The notes: a model not told the origin generated them from the sequence alone. DNA of 49,321 bases from Candidatus Woesearchaeota archaeon (GCA_964360175.1 CAYHUI010000004.1:1-49321); one strand, 5' to 3'. Positions 7,943-17,115 are shown, numbered from the stretch's first letter. A program made the numbers and translations.

Positions 7943-8671
7943 TTATTTCTTCTTTTCTCTAACTTTTTCTTTTCCTTTCTCTTTAACTTTTCCTTTAACA
8001 TCAACCTTTTCTTCGACTTTCTCTTCAGCTTTTACTTCTTCACCCACTTTTACTTCAGCTTTAACTTCAGTAGGTTTTATTTTCTCAGCTTCTATCTTAG
8101 CTTTTTCCAGCTCTTTTTGTAATTCTAATCTAACACTTTCTAATTTACTTTGCATTTCTAATTTTTTTTCTTCGCTTACGTCTGTTTTCTCTGATTTAAT
8201 CACATCATCAAACTTACCATTATCTATCTCTTGATTAATTGCTACTGCATCCAAACCTTCTACTAAAATACCCATTGAATTACAACTTCCTATAACACTT
8301 TTAACCCCTCCCTTTAAATCATTTAACAACATAGTATCATATTTCATCTTTGTAATTTTAATAACTTGTTCTATTGCCAAATTTCCAACTTTATCTATAT
8401 CAGGCCTACCAGAACCTTTCTCTAAATTTAATTCTTTTTTAATAAGTTCAGAAGTCGGCGGGGTTCCAACATATATTTCAGTAGATTTAGTATTAGTATC
8501 AATAATGACTTTAACAGGAACTTTTATACCTTTAAATCCAGCTGTTTTTTTATTAATATCCTCTAATAAATTTTTAATGTTAATGCCTAAAGGACCTAGA
8601 CGTTGTCCCATTTGTGCATTAGAAGTTGCTTTACCTCCTTCTACCAATAATTCAACTGTTTCTTTACTCAT
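7943..8671 (-). CDS. rpl11: Ribosomal protein L11 (uL11) with ~80-aa Lys/Glu-rich C-terminal extension
   Basis: LVEGGKATSNAQMGQRLGPLGINI ... VGTPPTSELIKKE core; the tail is KAEVKVGEEVKAEEKVEEKVDVKGKVKEKGKEKVREKKK. Confidence 0.9.
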   Translation of the reverse strand: MSKETVELLVEGGKATSNAQMGQRLGPLGINIKNLLEDINKKTAGFKGIKVPVKVIIDTNTKSTEIYVGTPPTSELIKKELNLEKGSGRPDIDKVGNLAIEQVIKITKMKYDTMLLNDLKGGVKSVIGSCNSMGILVEGLDAVAINQEIDNGKFDDVIKSEKTDVSEEKKLEMQSKLESVRLELQKELEKAKIEAEKIKPTEVKAEVKVGEEVKAEEKVEEKVDVKGKVKEKGKEKVREKKK

Positions 8672-9119
8672 CTTTTTCTTCCTCTTCCCTTCTTATTACT
8701 TTAACTGAATCTAATTTTAAAGTTAAAGGTATTGGAACTGCTGCTTCTAATAATTCAACTACTACTTCTTCTTTTGTTTTATCTATTTTAATGACTTTAG
8801 CTTTTTCTCTTTTGAAAGGTCCTGAAATTACCTCTACTATATCCTTATTTTTTATGTTTACTTGAACTTTAATTTGTTCTAGCATATGTTCTATCTCTTT
8901 ATAATCAATAGGTTTAGGTAAAATACCTCTAGCATAAGGAACTCCGCGGAATGCTTGTTCAGCTTCTTCTTTACTTATAGCTTCTATAAATATATAACCT
9001 CTTAAGTCATGCGGCCTTATCAAACTAAATATTTCTAAGTTCTTTTTTTTAGAGTTCTCTATAACGAAATCCATTACTTGGTCTTCTCGATTTGCTGTTG
9101 TTCTTAAGGCAAAAATCAT
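8664..9119 (-). CDS. spt5: Transcription elongation factor Spt5 (NusG)
   Basis: NGN domain (IFALRTTANREDQV ... GYIFIEA) plus KOW (VEVISGPFKREKAKVIKID), in the conserved secE-spt5-rpl11 order. Confidence 0.9.
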   Translation of the reverse strand: MIFALRTTANREDQVMDFVIENSKKKNLEIFSLIRPHDLRGYIFIEAISKEEAEQAFRGVPYARGILPKPIDYKEIEHMLEQIKVQVNIKNKDIVEVISGPFKREKAKVIKIDKTKEEVVVELLEAAVPIPLTLKLDSVKVIRREEEEKDE

Positions 9120-9120
9120 T

Positions 9121-9321
9121 TTACTTTTTTATTTGCAAAATAACTGCAATAATAAATCCGATAGCCCCTATTATTAATAAACCTATTGAAGTAACTTTTA
9201 CAATAATTTTATACTCATCTTTAGTTGGTTTTTTAGTAACTCTAAAAACTCTTTTACTTTCTATTGCAAATCTTTTAAATTTACTCCAGATACTAGGTTT
9301 CTGAAATTCTCCAAACTCCAT
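9121..9321 (-). CDS. secE: Preprotein translocase subunit SecE (Sec61 gamma)
   Basis: 66 aa with a single C-terminal TM helix (VTSIGLLIIGAIGFIIAVIL), preceded by RVFRVTKKPTKDEY. Synteny supports the call. Confidence 0.85.
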   Translation of the reverse strand: MEFGEFQKPSIWSKFKRFAIESKRVFRVTKKPTKDEYKIIVKVTSIGLLIIGAIGFIIAVILQIKK

Positions 9322-9412
9322 AATTCCATTAAAAAATATATCTTTATAAAAGTTTTTATTATAAATTAAACAAAGTTTTATATACTATTTAAAAATTTTA
9401 AGTAAATTAAAA

Positions 9413-9790
9413 ATGTACCACCAAACATCAACTACTATAAATAGCTTAGGAGGACTATTACCTACATTAGAAAGAGAATTACCTCCTAGAGAATATATGG
9501 CTATAAAAAAAGGATATCAATTTATAATAGGAAATCAAGATGCATTGCCATTGGAAAAATTAAAAAATTTACTTCCATCATTACAAATAGCATTACGTTG
9601 GCAAGAGTATGTAGCAGTTAGAGCTATTTATAAATTCATGAAAAATTATTATGATCAAGGTTATATAATTGATGAAAAAACTGATACCATATCTCTAGAA
9701 AATATACTTAATCATAATAAATATTATTTAGAAAATCCCGAAGACAACATTCTTTTACAGCTAGCAATTGAAATTATCAAAGAATTTTAA
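9413..9790 (+). CDS. Hypothetical protein
   Basis: 125-aa ORF that fills the secE-ftsZ gap. No recognisable motif. Confidence 0.4.
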   Translation: MYHQTSTTINSLGGLLPTLERELPPREYMAIKKGYQFIIGNQDALPLEKLKNLLPSLQIALRWQEYVAVRAIYKFMKNYYDQGYIIDEKTDTISLENILNHNKYYLENPEDNILLQLAIEIIKEF

Positions 9791-9796
9791 ATTTAT

Positions 9797-10915
9797 TCAT
9801 TGAAAAAATTCAATACCTAATTCTTCTTCAATTTCTTTTTTCTTCTTTGCAACAGTTGAATTTCTATAACCAAATATTTGAGGCGAATTTACACCAGTTA
9901 CAATTAACATAACTCTTAATGTATCTTCCAAATCTTCTGAAATCTGAGCTCCCCAAATCAAAGTTGCATCTTCTGCTATCTTCTCAGAAACAGATTCGAC
10001 AACTTTTCTAGCTTCATCCAAAGTTAAATCTTTACCACCTGCAATATTGATTAAAGCACCACTTGCACCTGTAATATCAACATCTAACAAAGGATTTTGG
10101 ATAGCCTTTTCTACTGCTTCAAGTGCTCTATTTTCTGAATCACTTTCACCAACACCGATTAAAGCAACTCCACCATTACCCATTACAGTTCTGATATCGG
10201 CAAAATCTAAATTAACTAAACCAGCTTTTGTAACTAATTCTGCAATTCCTTTTACAGCATTTGTTAAAATTTCATCTGCTACTTTAAATGCAGTATGTAA
10301 AGGCAAATCAGGAGCTAATTCAAGCAATTTATCGTTCGGGATTACAATTAAAGTATCTACTATATGCTCTAATTTCTCTAAACCTATCATAGCATTTTCA
10401 AATCTTCTGTTACCTTCCATAGCAAAAGGTAGTGTAACAATACCTACAGTTAAAGCTCCTGCTTTCTTAGCAGTATCAGCAATTATTGGAGCTGAACCTG
10501 TTCCAGTACCTCCACCTAAACCGCATGTAATAAATACCATATCAGCACCTTGTAAACTTTGTTTTATATCATGTTCGTTCTCTCTAGCTGCTTCTTCTCC
10601 AACCTGAGGTATGCTTCCAGCACCCAAACCTTGGGTTACTTCTCTGCCTATCAGAATTTTAACACTAGCATTTGTATAAAGTAGATCTTGAGCATCAGTG
10701 TTTATAGCAATAGTTTCAGCGCCCTTAACACCAACTTCAAAAATTCTATTTATTGTGTTATTACCTGCACCACCGGTACCAACTACTTTTATTTTTGCTT
10801 TTTGTTTAGAAAGTAATTTTTCCAATTCTTCATCGATAAGATGGGTTCTTTGAGGTTGAAGTTTAAGATCTATATCTATGTTTTTTGTTGTTGTAAAAGG
10901 TCTTAACATATCCAT
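9797..10915 (-). CDS. ftsZ: Cell division GTPase FtsZ
   Basis: GTGGAGNN, the tubulin signature [12 protein letters not shown], and [11 protein letters not shown]. Confidence 0.95.
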   Translation of the reverse strand: MDMLRPFTTTKNIDIDLKLQPQRTHLIDEELEKLLSKQKAKIKVVGTGGAGNNTINRIFEVGVKGAETIAINTDAQDLLYTNASVKILIGREVTQGLGAGSIPQVGEEAARENEHDIKQSLQGADMVFITCGLGGGTGTGSAPIIADTAKKAGALTVGIVTLPFAMEGNRRFENAMIGLEKLEHIVDTLIVIPNDKLLELAPDLPLHTAFKVADEILTNAVKGIAELVTKAGLVNLDFADIRTVMGNGGVALIGVGESDSENRALEAVEKAIQNPLLDVDITGASGALINIAGGKDLTLDEARKVVESVSEKIAEDATLIWGAQISEDLEDTLRVMLIVTGVNSPQIFGYRNSTVAKKKKEIEEELGIEFFQ

Positions 10916-10999
10916 TTTTTTATACCCTCTTTAAAAAGAATGATAAATAAGAGTTAAACTTATATTTAAATTTATTTATTTTAGAGTGATTATTTATTT

Positions 11000-11692
11000 T
11001 TATTTAATACCCTCTTCTTTTTTATTTTCAGTTTTAAATTCTATCTCTTTTAACTCTGGAACAACTCTCTTTAATTCATCTTTTATTTTTTCTTTAACAC
11101 TAACTGTTAATTTTTTATCCAGTTCTTTTAAATCTATCATGATTTTATCTTCTTGTTGATTAACTTCAAATAAATCTACAGGTAAATTTAAATTAAGACT
11201 TATAAAACTCATAACTTTTTCTTTTAAATCCTCTATCATTCTATTAATCTTAAATTCATAAACTAAGTCCTTTCCAGATAATGGATGATTAAAATCCACT
11301 AAAACTCTGCCACCACTAACACTTCTTATAATCCCAAAGATTCCATCTATGCTAACTTGAAGTCCTACTACTGGATTAATGTTTTGTTTTCTAAATGAAT
11401 TTATCGAGACTAATTTTATTAATTTTGGATCCTTTTTCCCAAAACCTTCTTCTAAGTTAACATCTATCTTATAATTTTTTCCTGTTTCTTTTCCTTCTAA
11501 AGATTTATCTAAACTAGGAACAACATTTTTTTCTCCAACACAAATTACTATAGGTTTATATCTAACTTCAGGATTATAAATATTGTTGTCTCTGGCTACT
11601 TTTTCATCAGTTAAATCAAATATTTTATTATTTTCTTTTAACCTTCCTATAAAATCTAATTCTATAAAATCTCCTTTTTTGACTTGTACCAT
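11000..11692 (-). CDS. FKBP-type peptidyl-prolyl cis-trans isomerase (long archaeal/SlyD-like type)
   Basis: VKKGDFIELDFIGRL ... FDLTDE ... VDFNHPLSGKDLVYEFKI pattern with an insert-in-flap region. Confidence 0.8.
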   Translation of the reverse strand: MVQVKKGDFIELDFIGRLKENNKIFDLTDEKVARDNNIYNPEVRYKPIVICVGEKNVVPSLDKSLEGKETGKNYKIDVNLEEGFGKKDPKLIKLVSINSFRKQNINPVVGLQVSIDGIFGIIRSVSGGRVLVDFNHPLSGKDLVYEFKINRMIEDLKEKVMSFISLNLNLPVDLFEVNQQEDKIMIDLKELDKKLTVSVKEKIKDELKRVVPELKEIEFKTENKKEEGIK

Positions 11693-11988
11693 TTTATGAT
11701 TTTTAAAAGTTTATTTTTATTTAAGTCTTGTTATTTTAATTTATCTTTTGTAATCACTTTATAATAGAAAAATATATAAGGTAATATCTATTATATTTAT
11801 ATGAAATGGTAAATGAATTGGAAAAGAGAGTACAAGATACTTATGGAACAGTCACTGAACAGATTAGATTAAGCGAACAGGATAGTAATACCTCTTCAGA
11901 TCGTATTGATCCGCAATAAATCTTTTATTAAGCTTTTATAATTCTATAATTAAAGTTCAAGAAAAAGAAATAAATTCTTTAATGGAAA

Positions 11989-12177
11989 ATGAAAATACAA
12001 AACATTATTATAATAGTTTTAGGAAAGATTTTTATAAGATTCTTAGGATTAGAATATAAACCTTATGGGGATAATTTATTAAATTACTATGATAAACAAA
12101 TTTTAGAAATATTAACCAAGAAGGTTAATCAAGATATCGAAGAAAAATTTTATTTAGACTTAATAAAAGTGTTATAA
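11989..12177 (+). CDS. Hypothetical small protein
   Basis: ORF only. Confidence 0.25.
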   Translation: MKIQNIIIIVLGKIFIRFLGLEYKPYGDNLLNYYDKQILEILTKKVNQDIEEKFYLDLIKVL

Positions 12178-12195
12178 AAAAACTAAAAAATAAAA

Positions 12196-12654
12196 ATGTT
12201 AGACGAAGAAATAATTTTGTTATTATTTTATGCATCTGAAGAGAAAGGATATAAAGGAATTCCTAATAAAGATATTGGTAATTTAATTTTTATTTTAGGA
12301 TTCCAATACCAATTATTTGATAGTTTTTATTATGAATTTAATGGAAACTATGATTCACAAGGTTTGTTTAATCTATCAAGTAATTTATTAAATGTTAAAA
12401 TATTACAAGAACTTGAAAAGAAAGGGAGATTAATACAAAAATTAGATCCAACTAATATATGGATGATGAATATAAATAATGCTAATATTTCATTATTGGC
12501 AAAAGAAAAAAAGAATCTTATCGAACAATATAACCGATTTTATCCGAATATACAATACAATCCTTTTTTGATAGGTGCAGTTGACTTAAGTTTTAGAAAA
12601 TCAAAAGAAATATCTGAATGGTGCGAAAATTATTCTAAAATAATAAAAAAATAA
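12196..12654 (+). CDS. Hypothetical protein
   Basis: 152-aa ORF with no recognisable motif. Confidence 0.4.
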   Translation: MLDEEIILLLFYASEEKGYKGIPNKDIGNLIFILGFQYQLFDSFYYEFNGNYDSQGLFNLSSNLLNVKILQELEKKGRLIQKLDPTNIWMMNINNANISLLAKEKKNLIEQYNRFYPNIQYNPFLIGAVDLSFRKSKEISEWCENYSKIIKK

Positions 12655-12695
12655 AAACAAAGATTTTATAAACGAAATAATTATTTTTATTTGAA

Positions 12696-13085
12696 ATGGA
12701 TAAAAAAATAGAAAGTATAGGTGAATTAAAAGTAGGTAGTAATGTAATATTTGATAATAAAGCTTGTGTAATCAAAACCATCCAAAAATCTAGTACTGGA
12801 AGGCACGGTCATGCAAAATATAGAGTATCGGCGGTTAGTTTGATAGACGACCAAAAAATAATTAAATTACTTATAGACGGTGAAAAAGTAGAGGTTCCTA
12901 TAATAAATAAAAAGAGTGCACAAGTTTTATCAATACAAGAAAATATCGTAAATGTTATGGACAATGAAACTTATGAAACTTTTGATCTTAAAATTCCCGA
13001 AGAATTAAAAGATCAAGTAAAAGAAGGTGCTCAAGTTTCATATTGGATAATACTAGGTGAAAAAATTTTAAAACAAATTAAATAA
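12696..13085 (+). CDS. eif5a: Translation initiation factor 5A (aIF5A) with Arg at the hypusine position
   Basis: KSSTGRHGHAKYRV aligns to the conserved (S/T)KxGKHGxAK hypusine loop. Codon 36 is agg (12801-12803). A C-terminal OB domain is present. Confidence 0.85.
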   Translation: MDKKIESIGELKVGSNVIFDNKACVIKTIQKSSTGRHGHAKYRVSAVSLIDDQKIIKLLIDGEKVEVPIINKKSAQVLSIQENIVNVMDNETYETFDLKIPEELKDQVKEGAQVSYWIILGEKILKQIK

Positions 13086-13089
13086 AAAA

Positions 13090-13254
13090 ATGGTAAAATT
13101 TCCAGAAGCAACAGGACGTCTATTCCATAATGTATTTGTTTGTAGAAAATGTAAAACAAAAATAAGAGCACCTATCTCAAAAGTACTTCAAAGAAAAATT
13201 TCTTGTAGAAGATGTGGTAACAAATCGTTGAGACCTATCAAGAAGTCTAAATAA
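13090..13254 (+). CDS. rpl40e: Ribosomal protein L40e (eL40)
   Basis: Not in the ORF track (54 aa): MVKFPEATGRLFHNVFVCRKCKTKIRAP...CRRCGNKSLRPIKKSK, a C4 zinc ribbon typical of L40e. Confidence 0.8.
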   Translation: MVKFPEATGRLFHNVFVCRKCKTKIRAPISKVLQRKISCRRCGNKSLRPIKKSK

Positions 13255-13255
13255 A

Positions 13256-14449
13256 ATGGTTAATTATGATATATTATTTGCAGTAATATTTTATGGTATA
13301 CTCCTTCTATTCTTTATTAAAAATAGAAATAAATTTGAAGTACAAGGGGGGATATTTGCGCTTTATAAAACTAAGAGAGGTATAAAATTAATGGAAAAGT
13401 TCTCTAAATTTTTCCCGAAGTTTTTAAGAGTTTTAGGTATATTTGGGGTATTAGTTGGAGTTATTGGTATGATATTTATGTTTTATATATTGGTAGACGG
13501 TGCTATAAAGATTTTTACTTTACCAGGAGCACCGCCAGTTGTGGCACCATTACTTCCTGGGATTAAAATTCCCGGTTTACCTACATTATCTTTTTGGCAT
13601 TGGATTATCTCTATTTTTATTGTCGCAGTTATTCATGAATTTTCACACGGTGTTTTTTCTAAATTACATAAGGTTAAAGTAAAATCTTCTGGTTTTGCTT
13701 TTCTTGGTCCAATATTAGCAGCTTTCGTCGAACCTGATGAAAAACAAATGATTAAGAAAAATAAATTAGCCCAATTAAGTATTTTTGCAGCAGGTCCTTT
13801 TTCAAATATAATCTTAGCTCTTTTAATATTTTTAATAGCAATATTTTTAGTTTTTCCAGCAAGCGCATCTTTAATCCAAAGTGAAGGTGTTCAAATAAAT
13901 AATTTAGAGAAAAATTATCCTGCAATGAATGCCGGTATAAAACAGGGTGATGTAATTACCGCAGTAAATGGAATAAAAATTAATAATGTTGAAGATTTTA
14001 TAAATACTTTAAAAGAAATTAAACCTAATGAACGAATTACATTAACAACTAATGAAAGTAATTTTAATATGATTGCTGCAGCAAATCCAAAAAATAATGA
14101 TAAAGGTTATATTGGTGTTGCTATTTCTCCTGTTAGTGTAGACATTAAAGAATCCGTTATAAATAAATATGGAAATTTTTTACCTAAATCTTTGTTTTGG
14201 TTTTCAATATTATTACAATGGCTTTTTATAATAAGTTTCGGTGTGGGGTTATTCAATTTATTACCACTAGGTCCTATCGACGGTGGAAGAATGTTTAGAA
14301 CTTTATTATCTTACTTTATTAAAGATACTAAGAAATTAGATAAAATATTTATTACAGTTAGTTTATTTAGTTTACTTTTGATCATATTAAATTTAATGCC
14401 ATTTATAATAAAATTAATTTCATTTATTTTTACGCCGTTTAAAATTTAA
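13256..14449 (+). CDS. Site-2 protease family (M50) membrane metalloprotease with PDZ domain
   Basis: HEFSHG (HExxH), PDZ-like GIKQGDVITAVNGIKI, NLLPLGPIDGG motif, and multiple TM segments. Confidence 0.85.
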   Translation: MVNYDILFAVIFYGILLLFFIKNRNKFEVQGGIFALYKTKRGIKLMEKFSKFFPKFLRVLGIFGVLVGVIGMIFMFYILVDGAIKIFTLPGAPPVVAPLLPGIKIPGLPTLSFWHWIISIFIVAVIHEFSHGVFSKLHKVKVKSSGFAFLGPILAAFVEPDEKQMIKKNKLAQLSIFAAGPFSNIILALLIFLIAIFLVFPASASLIQSEGVQINNLEKNYPAMNAGIKQGDVITAVNGIKINNVEDFINTLKEIKPNERITLTTNESNFNMIAAANPKNNDKGYIGVAISPVSVDIKESVINKYGNFLPKSLFWFSILLQWLFIISFGVGLFNLLPLGPIDGGRMFRTLLSYFIKDTKKLDKIFITVSLFSLLLIILNLMPFIIKLISFIFTPFKI

Positions 14450-14586
14450 TTTTTATAAAATTCTTAAAAATTTTTTATAAAAATAAAAAAAAACGAAACA
14501 TTTAAATACAATCAACACATTAAAATTGATATAAAAAATATTTTATTCCTAATTATATTTAGGGTAAAAAAAGAGGTGATTTTAAT

Positions 14587-14634
14587 ATGGCTGCAAGAAA
14601 AAGAGCTGCTAAAAAAACAACTAAAAGAAGATAA
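14587..14634 (+). CDS. Candidate 15-aa Arg/Lys-rich micro-protein (MAARKRAAKKTTKRR)
   Basis: Strong SD (agaggtga) 7 nt upstream of the ATG, an upstream AT-rich TATA-like box and a T-rich tract downstream. The unit stands alone in an intergenic region. Confidence 0.3.
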   Translation: MAARKRAAKKTTKRR

Positions 14635-14676
14635 ATTCTTATAGTTCTTATTTTATTCTTCTTTTTGTTTTTTTAT

Positions 14677-15273
14677 TTATATATTGATTATCTCTCCGGT
14701 TTTTCCTGGATTAATAATCAAAGTTTTATTTATTCTATCTTTCTTATTCATATTTTCATGTAAATGACCACAAATATTTAATATAGGTTTAACTTCTTTA
14801 ATAAAATTTCTAATAGATTTACTTCCACAATATCCTATATCTAATCTATCTAAAGAAGTTCCATAAGGTGGTGCATGTGTTATTAAAATTATTTTTGAAT
14901 CTTCTTCAATAGTTTTTTTAAATTTGTTTGCAACAGCTTCAAATTCTTTATCAAAATATGAAAAACCTCCGCCGCCGTAACCAAAAAATAAATATTTATC
15001 TAATTGATAACTTGTTTTGTCTAAGTAAATTACATTATCAAGTTTTGAACAAATAATTTTTAATTCGTCTTCAAAATCATGATTACTCGATATAATCAAT
15101 AAAGGAATTTTAATTTCTGCTAATTTTAAAACTAATTTTTTTAAATTATGTCCAAAATTAGAAAGATCTCCAGCACAAATTAGTAAATTAGGATTTTCTT
15201 TTTGAGCTTTATTAATAATCTTATTTAGGGCTACTTCATCTCCATGTAAATCAGTAAAAGCTAAAATTTTCAT
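14677..15273 (-). CDS. Metallophosphoesterase (calcineurin-like, YfcE/MJ0936-like)
   Basis: DLHGD, GDLSNFG, SNHD, THAPP and GHLHE motifs in canonical order. Confidence 0.8.
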   Translation of the reverse strand: MKILAFTDLHGDEVALNKIINKAQKENPNLLICAGDLSNFGHNLKKLVLKLAEIKIPLLIISSNHDFEDELKIICSKLDNVIYLDKTSYQLDKYLFFGYGGGGFSYFDKEFEAVANKFKKTIEEDSKIILITHAPPYGTSLDRLDIGYCGSKSIRNFIKEVKPILNICGHLHENMNKKDRINKTLIINPGKTGEIINI

Positions 15274-15462
15274 AGATATTTAAATATAAAAAGATTTTAT
15301 AAATAAATCGTTTTACAGAAAAAAGTTTTATTATTTAACAAATATGGCCTATGGTAAATTTTCTTAATTCGGTTAAAATTTCCATTTTCCTATTAATTTG
15401 TTATCACAGTTATAACTTTATAAACTTTCCAGTCTTTAAATTTAAATTAAAAATAAAAAAAT

Positions 15463-15576
15463 TTAATCAAAATCTTCATCTTCGCAGTAACCTTCCATAA
15501 AAGCTTCTTCCTGCAAAGTTATTTCATCATTCTCACATAAATATCTTATATCTTTTTTATTATATATATCTAACAT
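15463..15576 (-). CDS. Candidate 37-aa acidic micro-protein (MLDIYNKKDIRYLCENDEITLQEEAFMEGYCEDEDFD)
   Basis: SD ggtga upstream. Its ATG overlaps the stop of the preceding micro-ORF (ATGTTAG), which suggests translational coupling. Confidence 0.3.
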   Translation of the reverse strand: MLDIYNKKDIRYLCENDEITLQEEAFMEGYCEDEDFD

Positions 15577-15671
15577 GGTCTCACCTTTTTAGATTTACTT
15601 TCATCTAAAGGTAAACTTCTCAACTGTATACTCAATAATCTCTCTATATTGTTTAAGCTTAAATCTAACAT
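15570..15671 (-). CDS. Candidate 33-aa micro-protein (MLDLSLNNIERLLSIQLRSLPLDESKSKKVRPC)
   Basis: Very strong SD aaggaggtgg 5 nt upstream of the ATG, with a TATA-like ctatttaaac ~45 nt upstream. Confidence 0.3.
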   Translation of the reverse strand: MLDLSLNNIERLLSIQLRSLPLDESKSKKVRPC

Positions 15672-15718
15672 ATTAACCACCTCCTTAACAAATTAAGAAA
15701 TAGTTGTTTAAATAGCTC

Positions 15719-15728
15719 ACACGCGTGT
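15719..15728. promoter_or_regulatory. Perfect 10-bp GC-rich palindrome ACACGCGTGT upstream of the micro-ORF promoter; candidate operator
   Basis: Read directly. It lies between the cdc6 stop and the TATA-like box of the micro-ORF pair, and is unusual in this AT-rich background. Confidence 0.3.
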
Positions 15729-15750
15729 TTGTCGCATTGTCGTGTTGCTT

Positions 15751-16821
15751 TTAGAATTCATCTAACTTTTTAAATTTAACAATATTAGACCTTCCTCCAC
15801 CTTTTCTTACAAACTCTTCTGTATTCACCACATCTCCTTTCTCAAGATTTTCAATTTTTCTTTGGAAGGTTCTATAATTTATTTCATGATTTTTGGAATA
15901 AATATCATATATCTCTTTAGTAGTTTTACCGGAATTTTCTTTTACCAAATTCAAAATTTCTTTTTCTTCTTCATCAAAATCTTTAGAGTTTCTAATTTTA
16001 AATGGATTTAACTTTAATATAACATTTTTCACATGGTCCAATGTGATCTTCTTAGAAGATTCGTCTTCAGCTAAATTAGCAGATTCCCTTAACAAAAACA
16101 AGCCAGTTCTAACATCTTTTAATTCAAAAGTTTTTTCCATAATTAAATTAAGAGCATCTTTCTCAAAAACATTAGGAGCAAAACCGTATTTTATTCTTTG
16201 CTCTAAAATACCTTTAGTTTCTTCTAAATTATAAGGTTTAAATTCTAAATATTCTACTATTAATCTTGATTTTAATCTTTGATCTAATCCATTTAACCAG
16301 TTTTTATCATTGGTTATTAAAATAATTGTTTTTCTGTAAATATCTTCAGCTATATTATATAATATATCTGGATTGTCTACCTTATCACATTCATCAAATA
16401 CAAATACAACACTTTTTTTATTTAAAATTGTAGAAATTATTTTGAAAATTTCTTCTGTTGTTTTATTATGTGTAAATTTATAATCAATCTGATCGCAAAT
16501 ATCTAAAACAATTTTATGGGAAGTGTCTTTTTTCCAGCAGTTTAAATAAATTATTTGTATATCGTTAGGTTGTTCTTCGAGTTCATTTAAAACATGTCTT
16601 GTAGATACAGTTTTACCTACCCCTGGAGACCCAAATACCAAAAGATTTTTTCCATTCCTCTTCATAAGCAACGGTCTAATGCAAGTTGCAATATAATGTT
16701 GTTGGTTTTCCCTAAAAGGCACTAGTTTAGGCTGGTAATCGAAATCTAATGCTACTGGATTAATAAACAAAGATTCTTTATCTGATAAAATATTTTTAAT
16801 ATCTTTAAATAAATTAGCCAT
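15751..16821 (-). CDS. cdc6: Orc1/Cdc6 replication initiator
   Basis: AAA+ Walker A GSPGVGKT, Walker B VFVFDECD, and a C-terminal winged helix (GGGRSNIVKF). Confidence 0.9.
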   Translation of the reverse strand: MANLFKDIKNILSDKESLFINPVALDFDYQPKLVPFRENQQHYIATCIRPLLMKRNGKNLLVFGSPGVGKTVSTRHVLNELEEQPNDIQIIYLNCWKKDTSHKIVLDICDQIDYKFTHNKTTEEIFKIISTILNKKSVVFVFDECDKVDNPDILYNIAEDIYRKTIILITNDKNWLNGLDQRLKSRLIVEYLEFKPYNLEETKGILEQRIKYGFAPNVFEKDALNLIMEKTFELKDVRTGLFLLRESANLAEDESSKKITLDHVKNVILKLNPFKIRNSKDFDEEEKEILNLVKENSGKTTKEIYDIYSKNHEINYRTFQRKIENLEKGDVVNTEEFVRKGGGRSNIVKFKKLDEF

Positions 16822-16866
16822 TTTAATATTAATAAGATATTATAATTTTTAATGCTTTCGTTTTTA

Positions 16867-17115
16867 CTAATACATTCTTGAACGTTTATCTATTTTTATA
16901 ACACCAATTAAATTTTCTTTATAGTCAACTTCGTATAGTATCCTATATTTTCCTACTCTTACTCTAAATAACTTTTCACCTTCTATCCTTTTTGTATCAT
17001 GAATAACAGGTTCTTCTCTAAGATTTTCTATTTTTTCTAATATTCTTTTAGCAAGGATTTTGTCTGCTTTCTTTAGAAATTTACGAGCTTGGTTAGAATA
17101 ATTTATATTGAACAT
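16867..17115 (-). CDS. relE: RelE/ParE family type II toxin
   Basis: 82 aa: FLKKADKILAKRILEKIENL ... FRVRVGKYRILYEVD ... VIKIDKRSR, typical of the RelE/StbE fold family. Confidence 0.75.
   Translation of the reverse strand: MFNINYSNQARKFLKKADKILAKRILEKIENLREEPVIHDTKRIEGEKLFRVRVGKYRILYEVDYKENLIGVIKIDKRSRMY

Noticed and set aside
10047-10607. 186-aa + strand ORF antisense to ftsZ, and similar shadow ORFs at 2030-2248, 4980-5192, 8505-8865, 16043-16234, 22198-22401, 23095-23283, 26449-27144, 29989-30210, 38580-38825, 42765-43171, 43918-44142 and 46978-47163
   Set aside because: All lie entirely inside confidently assigned genes on the opposite strand and have biased, low-complexity translations. 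They are treated as antisense shadow ORFs.
11806-11919. 37-codon ORF (MVNELEKRVQDTYGTVTEQIRLSEQDSNTSSDRIDPQ) in the FKBP upstream intergenic region
   Set aside because: It has no SD or recognisable motif and is too short to support without comparative data. It is left unannotated.
15274-15750. Replication origin (ORB / mini-ORB repeats) beside orc1/cdc6; also examined at 17310-17515
   Set aside because: Only weak, non-repeated TTCCA-type fragments (e.g. ctttccagtc) and generic AT-rich tracts were seen. There is no set of repeated inverted ORB boxes, so no origin is called.
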